Source of the DNA: Folioceros fuciformis
Taxonomy: Eukaryota
Length of the DNA stretch: 64,000 bases
Assembly: GCA_049999805.1 (NCBI GenBank)
Contig: JBNGIO010006345.1
Coordinates: 1-64,000, forward strand
Direction of reading: 5' to 3'
A model generated the notes under the pieces. The model was not told the DNA's origin. It saw only the letters and a program-made list of their open reading frames with translations, and searched no databases. Each line of letters opens with the position of its first letter. Positions within the stretch are counted from its first letter, which is position 1. Positions 13,400 through 25,914 of the stretch are shown in pieces. A program made the translations under genes and the position numbers.

Positions 13400-14020
13400 A
13401 ATATGAAAAGACTCATAATCTCATACGAGGTCTTGTATGTTTGAAGTAGTAAGTGGGACAATCCTTGTCTTAGTCGGTGGTTGTTTGTAAAGTTGAAGAT
13501 GTTGAGTTGATTTCAAATCAAAGCACTAAACAAGACCCCACCCTACTTGGAAGGCTGTGGAGTACCATTCTATATGCTCATGTTTCCTAGCACTATATCC
13601 TCCACCCACAAAACATATCCATATTGTTGAACATCAAAAGAAACTCGCATGCCTCATATCTGGCTTGTAGGAGGATATCTTGGAGCAAGACAATGCCCAT
13701 CAGTAGGGCTTTCTTGTAAGCAAACAAGCAAGTGGGGTCATTAGCGTATTACTTACTGATCCTTAGAAATTGATGCTCTAAATTTTGAATTGAAACACCA
13801 AACATTAGCATAGCCCAATATCTATGTTGTGGTTGTAAAAGATAGCTGAGTATGTCCCCATGAGATGAGATAATAGCAGAGTATGTGCTCATGTTGTAAA
13901 GAGCCTTGTGATTAGTTATTTTATGGGATTTCCTTCTCAAACTGGGTATTTCTTTCCTTATATAACACCAATGAGATATTAGGAATGTGTGAATAATTTG
14001 ATGTTTAAGCATTTTCATCT
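13400..14020 (-). mobile_element. Possible highly degenerate Ty3/Gypsy pol (RNase H) remnant
   Basis: Minus-strand translation KITNHKAL...HRYWAMLM loosely resembles the Gypsy RNase H motif TDHKAL...RW. Lies in AT-rich intergenic DNA; weak, with vague boundaries. Confidence 0.25.
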
Positions 14021-14960
14021 ACGCAACCAGTGTATAAGAATTTTATAATTTTATTCGATAGTATTAATTATTTTATTTAATAAATCTTCTAGAAAAATTA
14101 GGTAATCATATTAATAATTTATTTTAATGATCATATAACCTAAAGAAAGATAAGGTGCTCACTAGGGATTGAATGTGAATAAACCCATAGCCCTCTAAAA
14201 ATTGACAGCCTCACACTTGTCCACCTTAAAGAATAATGTTTCTTTTTGTGCTAAATTTACAAAAAAAAAAAAATACTATAGTTTATCAATAGGTGGAAGA
14301 AGAAGATTAAAGCCCTTTAGACGTAATCGGTTCAGTGCGATGGCTTGGTGTGATGTTGTGGTGGAAGAAGACGATCGATGGCCTTTAGATGAGTTCACTG
14401 CTATATGGTGTGTTGTGTTGGCCAGGGTGTTGTACATTGTTAAGAGCAATAGGAACCCCATGCAACAATGGAGCGAAAGGCCGTGAGAGGCCACCCCATT
14501 CTTACGGCAGTGAATATAAGTAAATATCGTAACATAATTCCGAGTCATGGCACGTTCTGGCGGAGCTTCATCAGAACCAAAGCCCCGGTATGTAATTCCA
14601 CACGGCAGACTGGAAAACCCTACGGACCCGAGTGGATTGGGTCACGGTTGCTGCAGATGTTTGACCTCTTTCCACTCCGGATGGAGGTCTTGGGAGCTGG
14701 AGGTTGCCAACCTGCGCACTGCAGTCTGCTGCCCATCAAGGGCTGAGCTGTGGCTGACGGTTTGCATTGTGCTGCAATTAATTGTCGCCGATGTTGCCTT
14801 ACTGCAGGCGGCTCCTCCAGTTGTGGAAGGAAACTGAATAAGTTGGTGACATGCGGCCCTTGGCAGATTGTTGTCTTGCTTCAGCTGCTGTTGTATGCGC
14901 AGGAGAAGAAGTGCTGTCGAGCCTAATTCCTTGTTATGCTGCCTCGGGATTTTGCAGCTT

Positions 14961-16553
14961 ATGCAGAACCAGCTGTATCACATACAGCAACAGTTACAGC
15001 AGCAAAGGGTTGTGGTTGATGGATATCCTGGAAATGCTGGATCTGTCCCAGGCTCGTCGTCCAGCTACGCAGATAGTCCTGACGATTCCACCTATTCGCC
15101 ACGGAACTCTGCATCAAGGGTTTTGAACATATCTGTTCCTCCGGCAATCGCCTATAGGCCTATTCTCCCCTCGGATCTGGAAGTGTTAAAGGAAATTCAC
15201 GAGGATTTATTTCCTATCAAGTCAGTTCTTTGAATTATTCTATTTGGATCTCTTCTTTCCTTTTGAAATCTTGGCATTCCCACCTGACTCTGGTTGGCAC
15301 GTTCTAGCTGGATGCTGTGTGATACAGACGTGATTTGATGTGTATGTGGTTGGCAGATACGAGCCTGAGTTTTTTACAAACGTGGTACATAGATTAGGGA
15401 TCATTTCTTGGGCCGCAGTAGACGCCAACAGATCTGATGTCCATCGTGACGAACTCGTTGGTTTTGTGACATCCCGTGTGGTGACTGCAACTGAAGCTGG
15501 AGTATGATGTGATTTCCTGTTCATAGTGACTACGTTTTCTTGCACCGTCATCCTTTCAAATTCTCACGCCGCTGGATTTGTTGCAGGAGGCTGATTTGCT
15601 GGGATATGAGTATGGTAACACAGGACGTACTCTTATGTATATATTGACGTTGGGTGTGGTTAGACCGTACCGTAATTGTGGAATCGGTATGTGAGGGCAG
15701 TTTGTTCACTGCTTATTGGACCAGCACTATTTTTTTCAACTCGGGAGCTGGCCATCCAATGATTGCTTTGGTTTTTCTTTCCAAGAAACAATGCTAAGAC
15801 ACTACTTTCATGCTTTTCTACAGCTTCTGCCTTGATTGGGGAGGTTATAGGGTATGCTTCAAGCATGTCATCGTGCAGGGCAGTGTACCTGCACGTAATC
15901 TCATACAACAAGCCAGCCATTCTGTTCTACGAAAAGAATTCCTTTCAATGCTTGCGGAAGCTTCATAACTTCTATTACATCAACGGGCAGTATTACGATG
16001 CTTATGTTTATGTCTTTTACGTCAACGGCGGGCGTTCTCCGTGCACAGCAATGTATCCATCGTGGCATCAGTTTCTCTGTTGATCTTTTTTGCCAATACT
16101 TTAGCTTTGGTGTTAGTTGTCGTATCAGATTCTGAATGGAGCTCGCAGCCTGTCCTTCTCTGTGGGTGAATGTTGATGTTCGGTCGTGTCTCAGTCATTT
16201 GTTGCTGTACTGTACTGGTCGAGATTTTCCAAACCAGCTGCACCCTCTGTTATGTCCTTGACGCAGCGTTGCCTGGCGATGTTGCTGCTCGTTCTGTTGT
16301 TTTGCTGTGGTACACTGTTTCTGCCCTTATTTAGTCTGTGTCCTTGACTGTCCCCTTCAACAGCGATTTCCTGGCAGCTCTCGGGGCCCTGGTTAGTAAT
16401 TTCATCAGCTCTCTTTCAACAAAATTATTCCGACGCAATGTCTGGAACAGCGTGGGAAAGTGGGCTCAAAAGCACAAAGACCTCTCTGGTCCTATAAGTC
16501 CAACGCGCAGAATTCACGGCCCTGATAGTGCAAGTGCGAGCTTGTTTGTCTGA
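14961..16553 (+). CDS. MCC1: GNAT N-acetyltransferase, MCC1/NAA60-like; ~5 exons, start uncertain
   Basis: IAYRPILPSDLEVLKEIHEDLFPIK|YEPEFF, YILTLGVVRPYRNCGI|ASALI, CRAVYLHVISYNKPAILFYEKNSF and YVNGGRSPC, joined by GT-AG introns. Confidence 0.88.
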
Positions 16554-17323
16554 CCATTTTGGTTTCGAAGATCATCTTCGAATGCTGTAAGATGCGTCTT
16601 GCAACAGCGTGGCCCAATGAACTTAACAACATGACATGGCACAGCGGGGGAATAGTTAATACCAACATGGCTGAGGCTGAGGCTGTTCCCCTGCTATTGG
16701 ATACGAGCTGTGGTCGTCACTACGCAGGCCATGCGCACACTGTATTTCGTCATGTAGCTTGACCTCAATTTTCCGTAGGCTGCCCTGTGCTCAGACTTTC
16801 TCCTTAATCATGTTTCGAAAAGGTCCGGTCTGTTTTTGCCCTCGGTGACTGCTGCGCCAACACATTCATCACATCCTGGATACATGGCTTGGTTGTTCGT
16901 TCGGTTTTCAGCGTCAACGGCAACAGTTGGCGTAAGCCGAGAATGCCAACTGGCTGAAGTTTAGGGTTCTCATCACTATCGAGCGAGACCCGTAACTCTT
17001 GTCTGAATGACGATGGCCGTGGCCGGGCGGCAGTACCGGTCGCTGCTGTCGCTGCAGTCGCAGCCATGGTTTTGTGGAATGCCGACTTCGAAGTCAGTTC
17101 CGTTATCAATTTGTAGAGCTGCTGTGATGCAAAGTTGCAGCTAATTGTGCGCAATGGTGCAGATTCCTTGCGATCCCAAGGCTGGATGGTTCGAAGCACG
17201 TTAACCTGGTCCCTGTGCATACTTACTCGCAGGTGAGGTGCCTACTGCTACTTGTGCTGACTTCCACAACTTTCTGCGACTTGCTTTCACTGAGATTCTG
17301 ATCGTGGATGGTATCATGAACAG

Positions 17324-19496
17324 AGCCGCAGGTTTAGTCGAACTGCCTCAGATCAGGCTTCGATTTGGAGGAAAGCCAAATCCCGAGGGGTTCTAGTATC
17401 TGCTTGTGCTTTCCATGATGGCGGAGCGAGGCAGCAAACTGCAAGCTTGGGTGGATTGGTTGATCGGTTGCGTGACTGGTCACGTCGTGTGCTGAAGGTG
17501 GTTGGCGTTGCCATACTTGCCGTTGGGTTCGTTGTAGCAGGCACGCCAGCATTCTTGTCATGGCCAGTAGGTTTACACAGTGCTGTCTCTGTTGTCAACA
17601 AGTTCATCCCAGGTATGACTGGCCGTGGTTTGAAGTCATATCACGCGTAGGAATTCTTCCAGTTTATGGTGTGAAATTCGTAAGTTTCATGGCAGGAACT
17701 CTCACCATAAAATCCGCCTCCATCGGGTGGACAAAGCCAGTGCGTGTGGATGGCATCAACTTGAAGGGTGTGGATGAGAAGGACGTCCTAGAGGTGGCCA
17801 GACTGGAAACGGAGGCCCCTCTTTGGGCAATTGCTAGTGGGAGGGCTGGTCTAGGTGCGATGGAGAGTTGCTTTGCAGCAATTCCTTATGTCATGATTTG
17901 CAGATGTTGTGTGTGATGAGCGATGGGTGAAGCAAACGGGTCACGAACAGAAGAGTGATCTGGCCTGATACAGGGGAATGTACAATCATTTCACCTGTGA
18001 TTGACCTGCAGCAAGATGAGAGAAGCGGTCTACTTCGGCTAGCTTTGGCTCTGGCTCCTGAGGAGAAGCTACTTCCTCCACACACCAAAGTCAAAAAGAG
18101 GCCACCAGTCAAGGAACGTGCAGTTAAAGTGGACCTGAAGTCTAAAATCGCTGCTCCAGGAGGCGGTCTTGAGCTTGTCGATGGAACGCTTGTGCTCCCG
18201 GCAGATTTGGCAGCTGTTTTGGGCAAGCGGGTGTATGTGGACGTTTCAGCAGGGCATTATGCCTCCGATGCTGACCAGGATGTTGGAGAATTGGGTGCTG
18301 GAAGGCCTGGTATACCGCTGATGGCTGGAATGTGGGCAGACTGCGTTGAGGCAAAAGCTATTGGCCTGCTCAACATCAGGCAAGGCAAGATTGAGCTACT
18401 GAAGTCTGTCCTTGTTGAGGTATGCTTCGCTGGCCTTTTTTTCGTCCAAACTTGTATGAGCAATGGCTTGCGGTGGAATTGCTTATCTTGACTTCGCTGT
18501 GCAGGCAGATTTAACGCCCGAACTAGCCAAAATTTATCTCATGCGAGTCAATCCCTTGCTAGGTGACATTCTTGGGCCAGCTGTAAGGGATGAGGACATG
18601 CCTGATCTGACTGTTCGCATCACTCCCACCGCTATGATGCTTCCAGCTGATCAATACAAGGTTGAAATAGAGCCCATGCAAGCGGTAGGCGATATTTACG
18701 TAAAGCCTGCTATGATCTGTTAGTGCTTTCGTCCTACGAGCAGTTCTGTCAACAAAGATTCTGGGTTTCTGCAGATTCTTGGCAGAGGGCCAATTGTGAA
18801 TGGAGTTCTGTCTTTGCTTTCGAAGGAGAACAAGGTGGCTCCAGCAAACAGAGAACTTACGATGCAGACTTCTATGATTGAAGCCCAGCTCGACATGAAA
18901 GGAGATCTGGAATGTTCCCGCATGGACGTTCTCATTGCTGGTGACGTCAACGTTTCATGTATTGTTGTGGTCGCAGCAGATTGTTCTATGTTTCCCACTA
19001 TTTAGTTCTGTTTCTGTTCATTCATGGCTGTGTCTGTGGGCATGATCCTCACTGTTTGCGTGCTCCATTCCTCACGCAAATATGTTGCATCAGACCACGT
19101 CCATCTAGTTGTATGGGGCCACGTAAATTGGATAAAGGAGACAATGCAGATGACCATGGGCATACCAAGCGGCACGTTGGAGGGCCTCCTAGGCCTTCGA
19201 GATCTTCCAGACGATTATCACTTGAAGGTACAGAAGCCTGCATTTTACTGCAATCTAAAGGCCCATCTGTAACTGTTCGCCAAGCTGTTGTCATGTTTTG
19301 GATCTTTCCATGGCAGATTCCACTGAGGGGTACATTCGAGCGCCCTGCGGTGGATTGGAAAGCGGCTGGCGTTGGAATAGCACAACTCACCGTGAGGCAG
19401 AGAGGAGGTGCAGCGCTCATAAAGCTTTGGAACATGGTAGACGGGAGACAAGAAGAACCTGTTCCTCGGCCCCGGCGTCCCTTGCCCTGGGAGTAG
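17324..19496 (+). CDS. Uncharacterised multi-exon protein: N-terminal TM followed by a beta-rich AsmA-like body; 5' end unresolved (probable exon ending ~17232)
   Basis: In-frame exons ~17324-17612, 17696-17854, 17974-18419, 18505-18685, 18775-18940, 19094-19227, 19317-19496 with canonical splice sites. Ends IPLRGTFERPAVDW...RPLPWE*. Confidence 0.8.
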
Positions 19497-20231
19497 TCCA
19501 GGCATGCAGCATTAAAACATACCCTACTCGGACCAGCGGTTCGGCGCCAATTAATCATAATTGAGAAAGGCGACGACCAGGTTGAACGCGCGGGATCGTA
19601 GGGTCGGAAACGCCACACTCGCCGCAAGCGAGGCTTAGTTTTGTTTGTTAACACGGCTCCCGGTCTTAAAATGGTTTTACTGGTGAACTACAAGATCTAC
19701 TCTTAATAATTATAACTGGATATTAAGAATTTAGTTTTCATGTTATACACATATATGGGCTCTAGTTTCGAACGCTTCTCTTCTTCAAAGTTACTTCTTC
19801 CTCACAATGTTGTTTATGTTTATGATTGTTTTTAAGGAGCAATGCCTTTGATCAGGAGCTCACATACTTCATTCAAGTTTTTTTGTATGTCCTTTTTAAT
19901 TTGGCTTTTTTTCTATTATTTTTATTGTAATTTTTTTTTTTTAACTTATGACTTATATTTTAGGTTAAAAACTAGAAGAATCTGTACTTTTCCTCTTTGG
20001 TATATCATAATAAAAATTTTATTTATTAAAAATCTTTAAAATTTTAACTAGTAAGAAGGGATCTAGTAGTTGACCAAAGAAAATATGTATATTTATTTAA
20101 ATTATATAATTTAGATTACTATTTACCATACCTATGTACAACATATTTGTGGGCACTCACTATATATGAAGGTTTACTGATAATATCCAAGAGTTATATG
20201 TTTCTCCAATGTACAGTAAGTTTATAGAGCA

Positions 20232-20714
20232 ATGTATGTATTATGGCATATTATAGGATTACTTAGTATTGTGCATATAAATGTTGTAATATGTGAACAA
20301 CCTCCGGTTTGGTGGGCACTAGTGACAAAGAACTTCTGCTCTGAAACTAAATTTCTTCCCTTTGATCCCGGTTATTTGAACATTGTGATATGGCTAGATG
20401 ATTTGATTGTGGATGCAGTTACAAAGCACCCTCAAATGGAAGGCTCTATTCGATATGAAGATGGGTTCATAACATTCCACGGTGAAGCTCGATGTGTAGG
20501 ATATGGAAGAGATGTTTTTGTACAACCAGACATTTCAACTCCATTCCTTTACTTAGCCAAGGCAGATTGTAATGAGTGTCTTCATACCATGAAACAAAAC
20601 CTCTTGGATAGATGCTCGTTGAGTCCTTTTGGTGGAATCATGTCCCTCGGATGCGCTTTACAATATAGATATGCTCGTATTGATCATGATTCTTGCCCAG
20701 CACCACCTTCATAA
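20232..20714 (+). CDS. Secreted single-domain Gnk2/DUF26-like cysteine-rich protein
   Basis: Signal-peptide-like N-terminus; Cys pattern FC...ARC...DCNECL...RC...GCALQY matches the ginkbilobin-2-type order. Intact ORF in an AT-rich island. Confidence 0.7.
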   Translation: MYVLWHIIGLLSIVHINVVICEQPPVWWALVTKNFCSETKFLPFDPGYLNIVIWLDDLIVDAVTKHPQMEGSIRYEDGFITFHGEARCVGYGRDVFVQPDISTPFLYLAKADCNECLHTMKQNLLDRCSLSPFGGIMSLGCALQYRYARIDHDSCPAPPS

Positions 20715-22147
20715 GTCTAGTGTGGTCCTTTATTACCAGAAAGTCCAACCCGAGCCTCAAGTTCAACTATTTTGGTTGCTTTTTGTTTTTGAATTGAAGA
20801 GCAACAACTCAAAGATGACAAGGGAAGCGAACAAAAAACATCTGTATTTTTTACTCTTCTTTGGTTTCCTTAAACTATTGTTGTAGTTAATAGGTTTTGA
20901 AGGTTATGTTAGTGAGTGCACTCTACTCTTAATAAGACCAAGTAGCATCCATGGAGAAAGGATATTGCTCTTGGAAGAGTGCAGGCCTAATAACGTTGGT
21001 TTAATCAATTGGCCTACAATAGCATAGCTTGGATTAGACCTATTCTACTCTCCATTGATTTCAATCATGTGGTTCGCTGTGACTTTTGTAAGCTTTATGT
21101 CTGATATAGAATAGGTAAATGATCTCATCTCATCCATGACCTCCTTAGCTTTCAGGGTATCCTCCTTGTTCCTCTAGAATATTGCATGTGGTTATGCCTC
21201 CTATAGATAGACACTAATTAGATGCATTTCTCTCATCTTATCTCATCTCATCTCATTGTGTCTTATCTAGCCCTCACAACTTCCTCCCCCTTTCGTTAGA
21301 TTATTGAGCATGGATGTTGCAGCTGAACTTCATTCGCATTACAACCTTCAGCAAATGCTACGATGTCTCAATGAAGCTTAAGGATTATATAGCCTAGCTC
21401 CAACTCCTATATATTCTTAGCACTAAGAACTACTTTGGAACTAGTCTAGACTTGCATGATCTTGCCTTGGAAGAGTCTATTGGATCCCAAGATTAGTGTA
21501 CTACTAGTTCACTCAGCTTGAAGTCTCTTTGTTAAGAAAAATTTAAGACACTTCAAAGACTCCAACATGGAGCTTTTTTATGAGTTTGCTTAGCTTATAG
21601 TGTTTTTGTTGGAGTCTTTTGCTTGCAGGTCACCAGCATAGCAAGTCTTCCACGATCTAGTACTATCCGCTCATTGGCTCTATCAAATTGTGGGTGGGTG
21701 CTTAGCACTCCTTTATTTCGAGCTCATTGCAAAATTTTATCCACAACAGTTGTTGGTTATTCATCCACTTATTCACAAGTGGTCCTCTAAGAATTAAAGC
21801 TATTGCACATTCAAGGAAAACAAACACAAGAAAAGAAAAGAAAAGGAGGAGGAAGCCGTTGTAGTTGAGGAGGCATGGCAGCTAAACCCTACAAGGTGTA
21901 GGTATTTCATGAATATATAGCAGCTAGAATTGAGGAATAAATAAATATTTTTATATCAGAAAGAAAGAGATTAATTATATTAAATAATGTGAAAGAAGAA
22001 TCAAGATATTCCCTACCAAACTGTATTAAAACCAATAAAGCAAACATCTAGAACCTGAAACAAGGATGAAGTAATTAAAGCAAAGTAAGACAACACGAGG
22101 CTAATGTGGCCTTCTTAGTTTTCCACATCTACCTTATAATCTTGCTA

Positions 22148-22255
22148 CACACCAAGTTGTCCAGAAAAATCTCATCAATTCCAAAGACAAGGATGAGCAA
22201 CACACCAGGTTGTCCAAAAAAATCTCATCAACTCCAAAGCCAAGAATGAACAACC
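22148..22255. repeat. Two ~54-bp direct tandem copies
   Basis: CACCA(A/G)GTTGTCCA(G/A)AAAAATCTCATCAA(T/C)TCCAAAG..AAG.ATGA.CAAC occurs twice. Confidence 0.8.
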
Positions 22256-23755
22256 CGAACAGGGCCAGGGCCAAAAGGATACTTAGTGCTTTGGAACATC
22301 ATTCTCAAAACTACTTACTAGTTCCAAAATGTCGTGATGTGGAATAATAAAAAACCTACCTATCATGCGAAACTTAAAGGAGTGGAAGCCTCCATGTAGC
22401 TCGTAGATCACTATGGGGATTCTAGGGAATTATGCAAGGCCATTGATCTTAGTCTCCAGAGAATGGAGTTGGAGATGAGCCCTTGGGCCACACTACACTC
22501 TTGAGAATAGGACTGGATCTTGAGGATAGAACTAGATACCTTTATTCTTGTTGATCCATTGTGGCATAAAGAGCTGTCCAAAGGGTGTTGATTGTGAGTC
22601 CTCCCACAAAGAGAATACTTGGACCTAGTGGTGGTGATTGGTCCTCTTGCCCTTTCAAATTGCATTTCCTGCCTTGGGGAGCAAGTGTTGTTTGAAGAGA
22701 CAACTTCACTTTTGACACTAGTGCCCTTTGAGCGTAGGGCAGGTGGTCGGTTGGACCTCCCCGAATCTTCCTTTCAGTCTCTCGGGGAGCATGGAGGTTG
22801 GCCTTCCCTTTTTATTTCAGAACGTACGTATTGCCCCCAACGCCAAGCGCATTTGCTCTATGGTCCGTGATGGAGAAAATATCGGACCCCTCACGTTCGT
22901 CGGTGCGTCCTTTTAGGGATTAACCTGGAATGGGATCAGGACCAGAGTGAGCTGCATCATCAGTAACGAAATACCAGACCACCAGTAAAGACTGACGAGT
23001 GTGGTGCTTCCGCCCTGTTGCTTCGCAGATACGGGCAACCGATATGCACGGACAGTGCCATTTCCAACCAATCCATCAGCGACTTCGGGAACAAGGGCCA
23101 AGCCTCGGAAGCTATTCCTATCACGGGGTGTGGATCACATGAGTCGCCTCCTTGCAAAAAAAAATTCACCAGCTGTCGAGCAGCTGCCTGACATGTCGAA
23201 AGCAACAACAGGAGTGTCACGGGACTCTCCAGTACAGCATGCCTTCTCTCAGAACAAAGGAGATTCCAACCTCTTGTCCATGACAAGGCGTTCAGGGGTG
23301 AAGGCCAACGGGAAGAGGAAACCCTTGCTCACCATAAGGCTGTGACGGAGTAAGAGGACCTTGATGTCCAGGCGCACTCTGTTCCGAGGGTTTACAAGTG
23401 CTTTACGCTCGGGAAAATGTTAGAGCGCTTGCCAGGCCGGGATTAACACAGGAGAACACGCACTGTGTGTGTTTGTGACACGCTGCGGGAGTAGAGGAGT
23501 ACCTGAATGGAGGTAAACAGGATCTCCTTGCGCAGAGGTCAGGATTGCCTAGTGCAATCGTAAGACTGCAACGTGAGACGAGGAAGCAACGGTGGTGAGT
23601 CGTGAGACTGAAGGTGAAAGGTCAGAGGAGAGGTCCCGGCGAAGTCGTGAGACCGAAAGGTGACACGTGAAACGAGGAGAGGTTCTGGCGGTGTCGAGAG
23701 ACTGAGACGTGGAACTCAAAACGAGTAGAGTTCATGGAGGAGGGGTGAGACTGCT

Positions 23756-23835
23756 GAGACGGGAAACGAGGAGGAGAGCGAGACGGGAAACGAGGAGGAG
23801 ACCGAGACGGGAAACGAGGAGGAGACCGAGACGTG
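23756..23835. repeat. 24-bp tandem repeat (GAGACGGGAAACGAGGAGGAGACC) x3 within a larger GAGAC-rich degenerate array (~23570-23885)
   Basis: Read directly; produces the RSPPRFPS repeats in the minus-strand ORF. Confidence 0.85.
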
Positions 23836-24448
23836 GAACGAGAGATTGAGACCAAGACGTGAAACGAGAGATGGAGACGCGAACAAGAAGGCTACACCCG
23901 AAGCCGGACAACAAGGACGAAGGTGGAGGATAAGCGTGGGATTCACAGCAGGGTAAGTTTTGTGGGGTCAAATTTGCGAGACGGGGTGAACAGTGGTGAA
24001 AAGCAGTGTACGCGTGGTGAAGGTTAAAAAAAGGGTGCTGAGGACAGACAGGGCGCGCCCGAACGAAAGAGGGGAAGCGGCCTAGGCGCCGTGGCAAGGA
24101 AAGAGAGCGTCTGGCGATCCACTCTCGCACACGCCAGGCTCAAGCTGTGCTTGCGAGACGCAATTGCCCGTGGATTTCCAGGCAAAATGGGGGCCATGGC
24201 ATCGAGGCTTTCTGTTGGCCCGGCTGGCAAGTTTGCCTAGACCTGCTGATGCTGACTCTGCTGGTTTTCCTCCGTGCTGGCCTTGCTCCGTGCTGGTGCC
24301 GGTCCTGGTTCTAGGTGCTGCTGTTGCGGGCATGGGCCTGGGCTGCGTCGAGAGAGTGTGGAGATCTGCTCTCTACCGGTGCTTGCCCTAGGCTGCGAGA
24401 ATTGGGTTGGGACAGGAGGAGGAGGCGCGGTGTGCACAAGGAGAGGAT

Positions 24449-25914
24449 ATGGGGAACAACGCTAGCAGGAGGAATGGGCTGCGAGGGCCTCCGCCGCCCA
24501 TGCCAGGGTCTGGGCCGCGGCTGATTCGACCGCCCCCTGGATACCCGCCACACCTACACGGTCCACCTCGAGTTCCCCCTCCGCCTCCCGCGCTCCCACC
24601 GCCCTACGCTCCGCTCAATGGCTATGGGGTGTACCCGTCGTATCCCGTCGGGCCGCCGCAGATGTACCCGACACAGGCCTACTTGTCCAGCAACGGGCAG
24701 TATCACATGAACATGCCGCCCGGGTTGCCGGGCTACAGGCCGGCGCCAACCATGGCTCCGCCGCCCACTCCGCAGGGGATGGCGCTGCCGGAACCGCAAA
24801 AGGCCAACACCATCAGGAACGACATCAACCTGAAAAAGGCAACGTTGCGGCTGGAGAAGGATGAGGAGAATCCTGGGTTTCATCTCGTAGCCTTTTCCTT
24901 CGACGCGTCCGCGTCAGGCAGGTTAGTGGGTTTGTTTCATGTGTGATAACTTTGTTTCACAGCTGCGGGAGCTTTCTGAAGTGAGTTGGGCCCGGGTTTG
25001 TGACGGGGGAGTTTTGGCTCTTTGGCTTGTGTGCAGTATGTCCATCTTCTTTGTGGTGAAGGAAGATGCCAGTTGTGGTTTGATTTCTAAGTATCCGGAT
25101 GTATATAGACCGGTTCGTGTACAGTTTGACAAGGGTTTAGCACAGAAATTCAGGCAAGCACCGGGGACTGGTGTCAATCTTTCCTTATTTGATGACCGAG
25201 ATCTTGGAAGGGACGGTTCGAACGGAGTTTATCCCCTTGTTATTAGAGCAGAGACAGCTCCCAAAGACCCTCCTCCTGATTACAAACCTCTGGAGGATCA
25301 GCCTCTTGGTGCCCCCTTGCCGAAATGGGTGCACTCTCAGACCACACACGCGCAGATTGAACGGAAGGAGGACGGCGACTACAATGTCAAGGTTCTGAAG
25401 CAGATCATCTGGGTGGAGGGTATGCGGTATGAACTGCAGGAGATTTACGGGATAGAGAATAGTGGTGGGGGTAGCAGCTTTGATGGGAATGATGCAGGGA
25501 AGGAATGTGTTATTTGCATGTCAGAACCACGTGACACCACGGTGTTGCCGTGTCGACATATGGTGAGTGTTTGCTGGCTTGTTGTTGCCCAGTGGGTTTG
25601 CAGTTTTGCCGTGCTTCTTGTTTCTTGTTGCTCATGGTCAGGGTCATTTGTTTGGTTGGCAGTGCATGTGCAGTGAATGTGCGAAAGTGTTGAGGTTCCA
25701 GACAAACCGCTGCCCAATTTGTCGGTGTGTGGTGGAGAAGCTACTTGAGATCAAGGTACCTAAAGCGGATTTCGACGTTGGAAATGACTACTTGGACTTC
25801 ACGCATGATGCAAGCAACCAGAGCAGCAGAACAGGGCAGCATCTTCAGACGCAGCCACCTGTGAAATCTGCCTCCACGGAGTCGCGGCAAGAGACAGAGC
25901 AACAGATTGAATGA
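24449..25914 (+). CDS. LOG2: RING E3 ubiquitin ligase of the LOG2/LUL (MGRN1-like) family; exons 24449-24921, 25037-25562, 25663-25914
   Basis: MGN myristoylation-type start, Pro-rich region, DAR2 region ([20 protein letters not shown]...[10 protein letters not shown]) and [44 protein letters not shown]. Confidence 0.93.

Noticed and set aside
22400-23700. Retroelement gag/pol remnant
   Set aside because: Looks like decayed coding or mobile DNA, but no diagnostic motif, LTR pair or primer-binding site was found.
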